From contig CAZJQD010000019.1 of NCBI GenBank assembly GCA_964548165.1, positions 91-64,090 of the forward strand: DNA of 64,000 nucleotides, read 5' to 3'. Source of the stretch: an uncultured bacterium. Lineage in GTDB: Bacteria > UBA8481. The first letter of the stretch is position 1; the number at the start of each line of letters is the position of its first letter. Below, piece after piece: positions 53,052 through 61,836 of the stretch. The notes beneath the pieces are model-generated. The model ran no database searches, had not been told where the DNA came from, and saw nothing but the letters and a program-made list of their open reading frames with translations. Position numbers and translations under genes: made by a program.

Positions 53052-54074
53052 TCACCACTTGTTGACTTCGAAGACGACCTCGTCGCAGTACTGGTCGAGG
53101 ATGCGCTCCTCCTCGTCGAACATGCAGTACATGCAGAACTGGTGGACACCCACGTCCTTGAGGGCCTTGAGCTTGGCGATGTGCTCATCCGCGGTGCCGA
53201 CGATGCAGAAGTCGTCGATGATGTTGTCCGGGATGAAATGGAGATGGTTGGAATCCTTGTCCGCATGCTGGCGGTAGTCGTAGCCCTCGCGCCCCTTGAT
53301 GTAGTCCGTGAGGCTCTGCGGGATGTGCCGGGCCTGCTCGGGATCCTTCTCGACGACGTTCTTGACGATGTCGGCGACGTGATTGCCGACCATGGCCGGG
53401 AACCACTTCACGTGGCGGCGACACTCGGCCCGGTCCTTGTGTATCCAGACCGGGGCGGCGACCATGATCTTGATCTCGTTCGGGTCCCGTCCGACCGACT
53501 TCGCGCCCTCGTGGACCTGGCTGATGAACCACTTGGCCAGCTCAACGCTGGCAATCTGGAGGATGATGCCGTCCGCGTAGGTACCGGCGGAATGAAGGAC
53601 CTTGGGGCCGTAGCCGGCTACCCAGATCGGGAGCTTGTAGTCGGGGTTGGCCCAGGAGAACCACTGCTCCTGCCCCTCGTACTCGACCTTCCCGCCCTCG
53701 GCCATCTTCTTCACGAAGAGCGAGAACTCCTTCATCTTCTCGATGGTCATGGGCTTGCGGCCGAGGACGCGGCGCGAGGAGTCCCCGCGGCCGACGCCGA
53801 CGATGGATCGGCCCCCGGAGAGGACGTTCATGGTGGCGAAATGGCTGGCGGCAACCGTCCAGTCCCGGACACCCGGGTTGGTCACGCACGGCCCCATCTT
53901 CATGATCTCGGTCTTGGCCGCGAGGTAACCGATGGAGGTGCAGTACTCGCGCCAGAGGACATGGGAGTCGAAGGTCCAGAGGTAAGTGAACCCGGCCTCC
54001 TCGGCGCGCCGGGCCAGCTTGACCGTGCGGCCCATGGACATGTCGCCCTTGAAACAGATTCCGAAGTTGAGCAT
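53052..54074 (-). CDS. luciferase-like monooxygenase (LLM) class, probable F420-dependent oxidoreductase
   Basis: 340-aa TIM-barrel LLM pattern (AEEAGFTYLWTFDSH...GVGRGD...). It sits immediately upstream of cofGH on the same strand. The substrate is unknown. Confidence 0.75.
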   Translation of the reverse strand: MLNFGICFKGDMSMGRTVKLARRAEEAGFTYLWTFDSHVLWREYCTSIGYLAAKTEIMKMGPCVTNPGVRDWTVAASHFATMNVLSGGRSIVGVGRGDSSRRVLGRKPMTIEKMKEFSLFVKKMAEGGKVEYEGQEQWFSWANPDYKLPIWVAGYGPKVLHSAGTYADGIILQIASVELAKWFISQVHEGAKSVGRDPNEIKIMVAAPVWIHKDRAECRRHVKWFPAMVGNHVADIVKNVVEKDPEQARHIPQSLTDYIKGREGYDYRQHADKDSNHLHFIPDNIIDDFCIVGTADEHIAKLKALKDVGVHQFCMYCMFDEEERILDQYCDEVVFEVNKW

Positions 54075-54285
54075 GAAGCCCTCCCGCTACGAGGTGTGAT
54101 AAGAACAGACGAGGAGGATGGACCGGTGCCGGGAGAGTGTCAACGGCTTTTCGGACGGGAGAGATGCTGTTCGCAGCTGCCCCGCAACCCGGTCCCCACG
54201 TCGCCAGGACCGCACCCCGATTCCGAGCCGTGCTCGGCCGAGCGGCCAGGCCGGCGTGCGTCATCGAGCGGTGACGCGGTCTTAC

Positions 54286-55140
54286 TCAATAGTAGTAATG
54301 GTGATCTTCGTCATCATCGTCGTCGTCGTCGATCTCGAGCTCGGCGTCGTCGAAGTCCTCAACGTCAGCATCTGAGGCCTCATCGACGATCTCGTCCATC
54401 TCGTCGACCTCATCCGACGACATCTCGTCGACCGCGCCCTCCTCGACACCGGATCCATCCTCGTTTCCGGAGACGGAGAACGACTGGCCCTCGCCGAGCG
54501 TGACGGGATCAAAGGCGCCGTCCTGGTTGCCCTCGATCTCGACACTGCCCTCACTGCAGGAGAAATCCACCTGGACGTTGCCGCCGTCCTGCTTCACGCC
54601 GCGATCCCAGGAGACGCGGGCGGAGAAGACCGTCCCGCGCACGCCCGCCGTGGCGACGGGCGTGCGCAGCGCGTAAGTGGACTGGGCGCGAAAGCCCCGC
54701 AGAACGCTGACCGCGCGACCGCGAGCCAGGTCGACCTCGATGTTCTGGGTCCGCGTCCGGGCGGGAAAGAGCCCAAGGACGCGCTCGGTGGTGTCCACGG
54801 CCGGCCGCGACGCCATGGCGGCGATCGTGACCTGGGCGTTCTGCTGGAGACTGATGAAGTTGTTGGGCGAGAGCTTGATGATCGCGGACCCGTCGGGACC
54901 CGTGTTGATCTTGTCCCCCGTGTTCACGCGCATCCGCTCGGTTGCGCGCACCCAGCTGGCCGAGCCGACGGCCTGGTACTGCACCGCGCCGCGAGCCCGT
55001 ACCAGGATCCCGAAGGCGGGCTGGGTGGCCTCGACATAGGCGGCGTGCGCCAGGAGAAGAACAGCCGCGAAGAAGAACGCGTAGCCGCCGAAGCGAACGG
55101 TCCAGCGCCGAAGAAGGTTTGTCATCGTCATGGCTCTCAC
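54286..55140 (-). CDS. FecR-domain protein with a highly acidic C-terminal tail
   Basis: An N-terminal TM, the FecR-type block LRTPVATAGVRGTVF and the tail ...ELEIDDDDDDDEDHHYYY. The start is GTG 55140, ATG 55131 or ATG 55125. Confidence 0.8.
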   Translation of the reverse strand: MRAMTMTNLLRRWTVRFGGYAFFFAAVLLLAHAAYVEATQPAFGILVRARGAVQYQAVGSASWVRATERMRVNTGDKINTGPDGSAIIKLSPNNFISLQQNAQVTIAAMASRPAVDTTERVLGLFPARTRTQNIEVDLARGRAVSVLRGFRAQSTYALRTPVATAGVRGTVFSARVSWDRGVKQDGGNVQVDFSCSEGSVEIEGNQDGAFDPVTLGEGQSFSVSGNEDGSGVEEGAVDEMSSDEVDEMDEIVDEASDADVEDFDDAELEIDDDDDDDEDHHYYY

Positions 55141-55141
55141 C

Positions 55142-56245
55142 TCAGAAGGAGGTCACGATCTGAAAAATGATCGCGTCGTTATCCAGGCCGTCCTTCTCGG
55201 ACGGCGTCCTGTCGAAGAACTCGTAGTTGCGCTCGTACACGAGCGCGAACTGCATGTTGGATTGGTAATCGTAGGTGGCCCCGGCCGTGTAGCGCTTTCG
55301 CCGCCAGGACTCCGGCAGGTTCATGGGGCGCGCGATGGTGTTGTTGTCCAACCGGTCGTAACCGAGCGCGTAGTTGAACTTGCCCACGCGGTACGAGGCT
55401 CCGAGGTTCCAGACCTTCAGGTCGAGCGGCCCCTCGTCGGCGGTTATGTACTCGCCGTAGGCGCGCCAGGGCCCATACTGGTAGTCGACCACGCTGCCGA
55501 GGTATCTCCGGCGCGTGTGCTCGTTGATGCCGGGCGCAAGAATATTCAGGCCGCGCAGGAGGTCTCGATCCGCTCGAGAAATGTGCCCCTCGGTCCAGGT
55601 GAAGTTCACGTCGAGGCTCCCCCACTCGCCGCCGTCGCGCCACCCCACCATCGCGTAAATTTCCTTGTTGTTCGTCGTCGCGTTTCCGCCCGCGCCGGTG
55701 CGGGTTGGTCGTCCGAACGCGCGCGTGTTCGAGAGAAAGGTTCCCGTCTGCGAGAGCGCAGAGTTGTTGACCAGGCCGATCTCGGTCCGCCACGGATAGA
55801 ACTCGAAGGACGACTTCAGGCCCACGACCGATCCGGTGTGGAACATCAGCGCCGGATACGAGAGGTTGATGGTCTCCAGGGGCGCGCCGTTGGGCTTGTA
55901 GAAGCGGCCCAGGGTCAGCAGGCCGTCGTAGGGCAGTCCCGCCCACTCGAGATAGCCCTCGCTGATGACGGGAGCGGCACCGCCCGAAGAAACCATGGTG
56001 AACTGGGCGCGGCTGTAGTCGGTGAGCTCGGAGCGGAACTTCAGCGAGGTCTGGACCAGGCGGAACTGCCCGTGGGCCGTGTTCGCCTGCATGACGGCGG
56101 GAATGCCGTAGGTGCCTCCCTCGCGATCCCGGTATTCGGTGATCAAGGACCCGCTGACCTTGAGCGGGCCGACGGCGGTAGAAGAGGTAGCCAGTACCAT
56201 CACCGCAGCCAGGCACAGGACCGCGCTTCTCGTGAAGTTGACCAT
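55142..56245 (-). CDS. outer-membrane beta-barrel (porin-like) protein
   Basis: Signal peptide MVNFTRSAVLCLAAVMVLATSS, alternating beta-strand pattern, terminal ...IFQIVTSF with a C-terminal Phe. ATG 56245 is chosen over the ORF-track start 56488. Confidence 0.75.
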   Translation of the reverse strand: MVNFTRSAVLCLAAVMVLATSSTAVGPLKVSGSLITEYRDREGGTYGIPAVMQANTAHGQFRLVQTSLKFRSELTDYSRAQFTMVSSGGAAPVISEGYLEWAGLPYDGLLTLGRFYKPNGAPLETINLSYPALMFHTGSVVGLKSSFEFYPWRTEIGLVNNSALSQTGTFLSNTRAFGRPTRTGAGGNATTNNKEIYAMVGWRDGGEWGSLDVNFTWTEGHISRADRDLLRGLNILAPGINEHTRRRYLGSVVDYQYGPWRAYGEYITADEGPLDLKVWNLGASYRVGKFNYALGYDRLDNNTIARPMNLPESWRRKRYTAGATYDYQSNMQFALVYERNYEFFDRTPSEKDGLDNDAIIFQIVTSF

Positions 56246-56458
56246 GATCCGCTCCCTGCACATCGAGTTAGCAGCAGCGGGACGCCGAATCCGGCCCCCC
56301 GAGAATTCAACAGACCGCATAATGCGCAACGACTCTTGGTATGTCAAGTTTTGTACCGAACAGGAATCCCGGTAGCCACGCTGGAGATCCCGGCGGAGCG
56401 TGAGCGGGGCTGTTGCTTGCGGGATGATTTGTCCGCCGCTCCCCGCTAGGATGCACGA

Positions 56459-59146
56459 GTGAAAATTCCCGGGCTCACCAATCGCCACCGCATCCTGCTC
56501 TACGCGGTGACGGCCGTGATCTGCCTGGCCGCCGCGGCGTCACAGTACGAAATTCGCTCCGATCAGTTCGGCCCCCTGGCCCGGGCCTACATCGAGAGCC
56601 TCGTTGACCGCCGCATCGAGGTCGGCGACGCCTCCTTCACCTTCTGGGGCCGTGTGACACTGCGCGACGTCCGGATCCTCAACCCGCCCGGCAGCGCCTC
56701 CCCCTATCTCGTCGAGATCCCGCGCTTGCGCTTCTACCTGGGCATGACCGGCGGCGAGACCAGCGCGTTCCGTCCGACCAGCATCAGCATCGAGGATGCG
56801 GCCTTCTCCTTCGAGCGACCGGACACCGGGCTCTGGAACACGGACCGCATCTTCGTCGCCAAGCCCCCCCGCCACGATCACCCGACCTTCACGCTCCCCA
56901 TCACCATCAGCAACGCCGACGTCTTCTACCGGGATTCCCAGGTGGGGAGGTCCGGGATTGCCCTCCATCTCGAGGACGTCGACGCCAACTTCACCGTCAT
57001 GTCGGACGGATCCGAGATCAAGAACTTCCTCCAGACCGAACCCGTCGCACTGGCTGGCGGCGGCGACATCCTGCTGGCCCTGCGTTCCCACCCGAACGCG
57101 CGCCAGGTCTCCGCGACGCTCCAGCTCCGCGGCGCGGACATCCGCTCGCTCCGGCCCTACTATGACTTTCTCTCATTCCTGGAATTCCGATCCGGGCGTG
57201 GAACCGGCACCTACCGGCTCGATTTCGTCGGAGACACCTGGGCAGGACAGGCGGGGATCGATGTCACCGAGGCCGATATTCACCATGCCGCCTCCGGAAC
57301 AGACTTCAAGGGCGCGGCCCCCCGCGTGGCCTTCCGCGTCGAGGGAGACAGCGAACGGATCACGCTCAAGGAGCTCAACGTCCAGTGGTACCGCGCCGCG
57401 ATCACCGGCCGCGGGTTCTTCGCGACGCGGCGCGCGACCCGGCCCGAGGCCGATGTCACCCTCACGACATCGCAGGCGCGGGCCGAGGACCTGGCCTTCC
57501 TGCTCTGCGATCCCGCGTTTCGTCCCACCGGCACCCTCTCGGGAACCTGCCGGCTGTTGACGCCTCCGGGCGGCGTCTCACGCTACGAATTCGCGATCGA
57601 TCTCACGCCCAGCGCCATCCGCTACGGGGAGATCTTCCAGAAGCCGGCCGGCGTCCGGGGCAGGCTGGAGATCGCAGGCCGGTTCGGCGGCAAGCCCGAG
57701 AAGCTCGCGTTCGTCGTGGCGGAGACCCGGGGCGAACTGGTGCCCGAAGGATCCACGTGGATACTCAATCTGCCGCGGGCCCGGGGCGAGGATCTGCGCA
57801 ACCACCTCACCAGCCTCGCGGACCAGCCCGAGGTCAGTCTCTCGGGGACCGTGGCCGCCCGGCTACGCCTCGGAGGCTCGGGTGCCGTGAGCGGAACGGT
57901 TGATCTCACGGACGCCGCCCTCGCCCTCGGCGATGCCGCGGTTAAACCCGTGGGCATGGTCGCCAAGGCAACGGTCGAGGCCCAGCTCCGTCCGGACGGA
58001 TGGCGGATCACGGACGGAGACCTCCAGGTGCGCTCCAGCCGCCTGCACGTCGCCGGCACCTGGACGTCCGAACTCGCCTTGTGGACGGCGACGGTCGCCC
58101 AGCTCTACGCCGACGACCTCTTCGCGGTCCTGCCCCAGGCCGCGGCGCGCGTCAGCTCCACCGTCATGTGGTCCGGACCGCTCCAGGGCCGTCTCGATTG
58201 GAAGCGGCGCGGGCGGGCAGGCGGTGAGTTCACCGCCAACGTCGACCTGACCCCGGTCGCGCTGGTCATCACGGGCGCCGGTCGTAAGCCCGCCGGGATC
58301 GCCGGCGATCTCAGGCTCACCGGCGCCGTCGACAACGGCGTCCTGCGCGTCGCCGAGAGTCGCCTGCGGCTTCAGTCGACGACCCTGACGGCGACCGGCG
58401 AGCTAGGCGGTGGGGGCGTGTCGCTGACTTTGCGCGGGCGTAGCACGGGGCTCGACGGGCTCAAGAACTTCCTGGCCGATTCCTTCTGGAGCGGTCTCGG
58501 TCAGCTCGAGACCTCCGGCAACGGCGACGTGGAGATCACCGTGCAGGGTCGAGGCGGCATGACCACGATCCGAGCCGACCTCGTCGCGACCTGGGCCAGG
58601 CTCAGCTACGGCGACACGTGGTTCAAGCCGGCTGGAGAGTCCCTTCGCGCCCACGCCCTGATCGTGCAGATGCCGGAACTGACGCGCGTGGAGAGGCTCG
58701 AGATTGTCCAGGGTGCCTCGTCCCTGGTCGCGGCCGGGACGATCTCGGCCGGACGACCCGCCGCGCTCGACGCCACCGTCACCGCGCAGATCGACATCCC
58801 GCGCTTCATCGCGCATGCCCCGGGACTCTCGCGTGTCGTCATCGAGCGCCGCAACGCGGCGGAGGCCCTCCAGCTCATCGCCGACGCCGACGATCGCGCC
58901 ACCCTCAACTGGAAAGCCACGGGCACGTTGGAGGAGCCACGGCTCGACCTGGCCATGCGCGAGATCGTCGGTCGCGCCGTCATCAATACCATCGCCCGCC
59001 AGGTCCGGCGCTTCGCCAGCATCATCACGGCGCCGGTCACCTTCGGGTTCGAGATCATTCGCCCGAGGCCGGAACGCTCGGATAGCGAGAGCGCCACGGG
59101 AACACCCAGCCGCCCAGCCCCCCCTTCCCGGTCCGGTTCCCGCTGA
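56459..59146 (+). CDS. AsmA/TamB-like large envelope protein
   Basis: An N-terminal TM anchor followed by about 850 aa of beta-rich repetitive sequence typical of the AsmA-like family. GTG start. Confidence 0.7.
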   Translation: MKIPGLTNRHRILLYAVTAVICLAAAASQYEIRSDQFGPLARAYIESLVDRRIEVGDASFTFWGRVTLRDVRILNPPGSASPYLVEIPRLRFYLGMTGGETSAFRPTSISIEDAAFSFERPDTGLWNTDRIFVAKPPRHDHPTFTLPITISNADVFYRDSQVGRSGIALHLEDVDANFTVMSDGSEIKNFLQTEPVALAGGGDILLALRSHPNARQVSATLQLRGADIRSLRPYYDFLSFLEFRSGRGTGTYRLDFVGDTWAGQAGIDVTEADIHHAASGTDFKGAAPRVAFRVEGDSERITLKELNVQWYRAAITGRGFFATRRATRPEADVTLTTSQARAEDLAFLLCDPAFRPTGTLSGTCRLLTPPGGVSRYEFAIDLTPSAIRYGEIFQKPAGVRGRLEIAGRFGGKPEKLAFVVAETRGELVPEGSTWILNLPRARGEDLRNHLTSLADQPEVSLSGTVAARLRLGGSGAVSGTVDLTDAALALGDAAVKPVGMVAKATVEAQLRPDGWRITDGDLQVRSSRLHVAGTWTSELALWTATVAQLYADDLFAVLPQAAARVSSTVMWSGPLQGRLDWKRRGRAGGEFTANVDLTPVALVITGAGRKPAGIAGDLRLTGAVDNGVLRVAESRLRLQSTTLTATGELGGGGVSLTLRGRSTGLDGLKNFLADSFWSGLGQLETSGNGDVEITVQGRGGMTTIRADLVATWARLSYGDTWFKPAGESLRAHALIVQMPELTRVERLEIVQGASSLVAAGTISAGRPAALDATVTAQIDIPRFIAHAPGLSRVVIERRNAAEALQLIADADDRATLNWKATGTLEEPRLDLAMREIVGRAVINTIARQVRRFASIITAPVTFGFEIIRPRPERSDSESATGTPSRPAPPSRSGSR

Positions 59147-59608
59147 GCGAGACGATCGGTGGGCCAGACGGCCACGGGCCCTCTGCCCGAGTAATCCACA
59201 GCATTACTCCGCCAATGCCAGTCGTCCACGACGCATCCAGAAATAGTACCACTATTTTCCTATTTTACCCCTTGAAGAGAGCACCAGATTGATACTATAT
59301 ATTCGTTAACACTTAACTTAGCGACCGACCGGGTCCTAGCGTCCCGGGTACACGGTTCGGAAGGGGCGGCGCAAGCTGCCCCTTCTCCCGTTAAAAGCGA
59401 TGCCGAGAGAAGACACGCAGGAACCACGAAGGGATGCGAATGACCGCGGATGAGACCAAGAGCCGACAATCGTGCAAAGCAGCGCGAACTCTTCACAGGA
59501 CGCGATCCCCGCGAGTCCGCCGTTCTTCTTGTTTGCTGACCTCATTTCGTGTTTATTCGTGTCCCCCCGTGGTTGATGCATTCTCCACGATATTTTAAGG
59601 AGCGTTCC

Positions 59609-60685
59609 ATGCCCGTTACCCAGGAAGCCGTACTCGCCAAGCTCGCGGAGGTCATCGATCCCGAGATCCATCGCGACATTGTCTCGCTCGGCATGATCAA
59701 GAACCTCGTCTGCGAACCCTCGGGCCGCGTCGCCTTCACCGTCGAGCTGACCACGCCCGCCTGCCCGCTCAAGGCGCAGATCGAGGCCGATGTCCGGGCT
59801 CGTCTCGCCGAACTCCCGGGCATCACCGAGGTCGCGTTGACCATGACCGGCCGCGTCGCCAAGCCCACCCCGGCCAAGAACGCGATCCCCGGCGTCTCCC
59901 ACATCATCGCGGTGGGTTCCGGCAAGGGCGGTGTCGGCAAGTCCACGGTGGCCGTCAACCTCGCGATCGCCCTGGCCCGCGACGGCGCCTCGGTCGGCCT
60001 CCTCGACGCCGACATCTACGGCCCCAACATTCCCACCATGCTCGACGTGCACGCCCCGAAGGCGGTCGAGAACGAGACGATCGAGCCCGCCGAGATCCAT
60101 GGGCTCAAGGTCGTCTCCATGGGATTCTTCCTGGATCCGGCAGAACCCGTGATCTGGAGGGGACCCATGCTGCACGGCGCGATGCGCCAGTTCTTCCAGA
60201 ACGTGTCATGGGGCGAGCTCGACTACCTCATCATCGACCTCCCGCCGGGCACCGGCGACGTCCAGCTCTCAATGGCCCAGATGGTTCCCGTCACGGGCGC
60301 GGTCATTGTCTGCACGCCGCAGCGCGTCGCCCTGGAGGACTGCCGCAAGTCGGTCGCGATGTTCCGCAAGGTCGAGGTCCCGATCCTCGGCATCATCGAG
60401 AACATGTCGTTTCTCATCGCCCCGCAGAGCGGCGAGCGCGTCGATCTCTTCGGGGCCGGCGGCGCCGAGGCGGCGGCGGCGGAATGGAACGAGCGCTACC
60501 TGGGCGCGCTCCCGATCGATCCCCGCATCGCCCAGGGCGGAGACTCCGGGCGGCCCGTCTCCCTGGGCGACGACGCCTTGGCCGACGCCTTCCGCGTCGT
60601 GGCCCGGCAGGTGGCCGGCGAGGTCTCGCGCCGAGCCCTCGCGCGCCCCCGCGAGATCAGCCTCGACGGCTTGATCCTGCAGTAG
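59609..60685 (+). CDS. apbC: Mrp/ApbC/NBP35-family Fe-S cluster carrier ATPase
   Basis: TAAGGAG lies before ATG 59609. N-terminal DUF59 domain (VIDPEIHRDIVSLGMI) and deviant Walker A GSGKGGVGKST. Confidence 0.93.
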   Translation: MPVTQEAVLAKLAEVIDPEIHRDIVSLGMIKNLVCEPSGRVAFTVELTTPACPLKAQIEADVRARLAELPGITEVALTMTGRVAKPTPAKNAIPGVSHIIAVGSGKGGVGKSTVAVNLAIALARDGASVGLLDADIYGPNIPTMLDVHAPKAVENETIEPAEIHGLKVVSMGFFLDPAEPVIWRGPMLHGAMRQFFQNVSWGELDYLIIDLPPGTGDVQLSMAQMVPVTGAVIVCTPQRVALEDCRKSVAMFRKVEVPILGIIENMSFLIAPQSGERVDLFGAGGAEAAAAEWNERYLGALPIDPRIAQGGDSGRPVSLGDDALADAFRVVARQVAGEVSRRALARPREISLDGLILQ

Positions 60686-60758
60686 GCCTCGCCCGGCTCG
60701 TCCCGACCTCTTAACCCGACCCCTTAAAGCGCCGGCGGCAGCCTCTGCAATTCCACCG

Positions 60759-61751
60759 CTACAATTCCAGCGATGGGTTCGCGCTCTCGTCGCGGGACAT
60801 CGGGCGCCCTGCGCCGACGCGCGCGGCCACGGCGATCATGGCGGCGTTGTCCGTGCAGAAGGCGGGGCGCGGGACCGCGAAGCGGACGCCGGCCTCGGAG
60901 CAGATCCGACCGAGCCGTTCCCGGAGAAGGCGGTTGGACGCCACGCCGCCGGTCAAGAGAAACCGCTCCGGCCTGCGCTCCTGGATCGCTCTCTTCACCT
61001 TCTCCGCCAGTGCCTCGACGACCGCATCCTGGAAGGACGCGGCCAGGACGGCGGCACGACGCGCATCGGGAACGCCGCCGGCGAGCGCCTTGCGTAGTGC
61101 CGTCTTCAACCCCGAAAAGGAAAAGTCCGGCGAATGGCGCATCACGCCGACCACCAACCGCTCCCGTTCCTCCCCCGCCGCCTCGGCCGCTCGCGAAACC
61201 GCGGGACCGCCGGGGTAGCCAAGCCCGAGAAGGCGCGCGGCCTTGTCGAACGCCTCGCCGGCCGCATCGTCGACCGTCCGCGCCAGGATGCGGTAAGCGC
61301 CCGGCCCCACCACCTCCACGAGCGACGTGTGCCCGCCGGAGACGATCAGCGCGAGGTAGGGTGCTTGCCAGCCCGGGTCCTCGAGGAGAACGGCGTGCAG
61401 GTGCCCGGCGAGGTGATGCACGCCGAGGAGCGGCAACCGGCGGGCTCCGGCATAGGCCTGGGCGAACTGCACGCCCACGAGAAGACTGCCCACCAGCCCG
61501 GGACCGCGCGTCACGGCGACCGCCTCCGGCTTCACGCCCGCCGCCAGCGCCTTGCTTAGCAAATCCTCCACGAGTTCCGGCAGGACCTCGATGTGCCGCC
61601 GCGACGCCACCTCGGGAACGACTCCGCCGAACGCCGCGTGCTCATCCACCTGCGAGTAGACCTCGTTGGCCACGAGCGCGCCGTTCGCATCCAGGACCGC
61701 CGCGGCCGTTTCGTCGCAGGAGGTCTCTATCGCCAGGAGCGGGACGGTCAC
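60759..61751 (-). CDS. tsaD: tRNA N6-adenosine threonylcarbamoyltransferase
   Basis: LLAIETSCDETAAAV and GVHHLAGHL. The start is GTG 61751 or GTG 61784. The ORF-track extension to 61931 overlaps ctpA and is rejected. Confidence 0.92.
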   Translation of the reverse strand: MTVPLLAIETSCDETAAAVLDANGALVANEVYSQVDEHAAFGGVVPEVASRRHIEVLPELVEDLLSKALAAGVKPEAVAVTRGPGLVGSLLVGVQFAQAYAGARRLPLLGVHHLAGHLHAVLLEDPGWQAPYLALIVSGGHTSLVEVVGPGAYRILARTVDDAAGEAFDKAARLLGLGYPGGPAVSRAAEAAGEERERLVVGVMRHSPDFSFSGLKTALRKALAGGVPDARRAAVLAASFQDAVVEALAEKVKRAIQERRPERFLLTGGVASNRLLRERLGRICSEAGVRFAVPRPAFCTDNAAMIAVAARVGAGRPMSRDESANPSLEL

Positions 61752-61836
61752 CGGTGAACCTTGCCGATCATCGCCCCCGACCACCGGGCGGGATGCCGTC
61801 CCGCTCAAGGCCGGAATCTCCTGGCCGACCCCGGGT

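Noticed and set aside
59340-59390. GGUUCGGAAGGGGCGGC, reminiscent of the SRP RNA domain IV sequence GGUCCGGAAGGAAGCAGC
   Set aside because: The flanks do not form the SRP helix 8 symmetric and asymmetric loops or the closing helix. Only a simple hairpin is present.
60748-60769. Direct repeat CAATTCCA (60748-60755 and 60762-69) between apbC and tsaD, superficially similar to the CAATCC heptads near tal
   Set aside because: The sequence differs (extra T). One copy is inside the tsaD coding region, and the location is a convergent 3' junction. It is likely coincidental.
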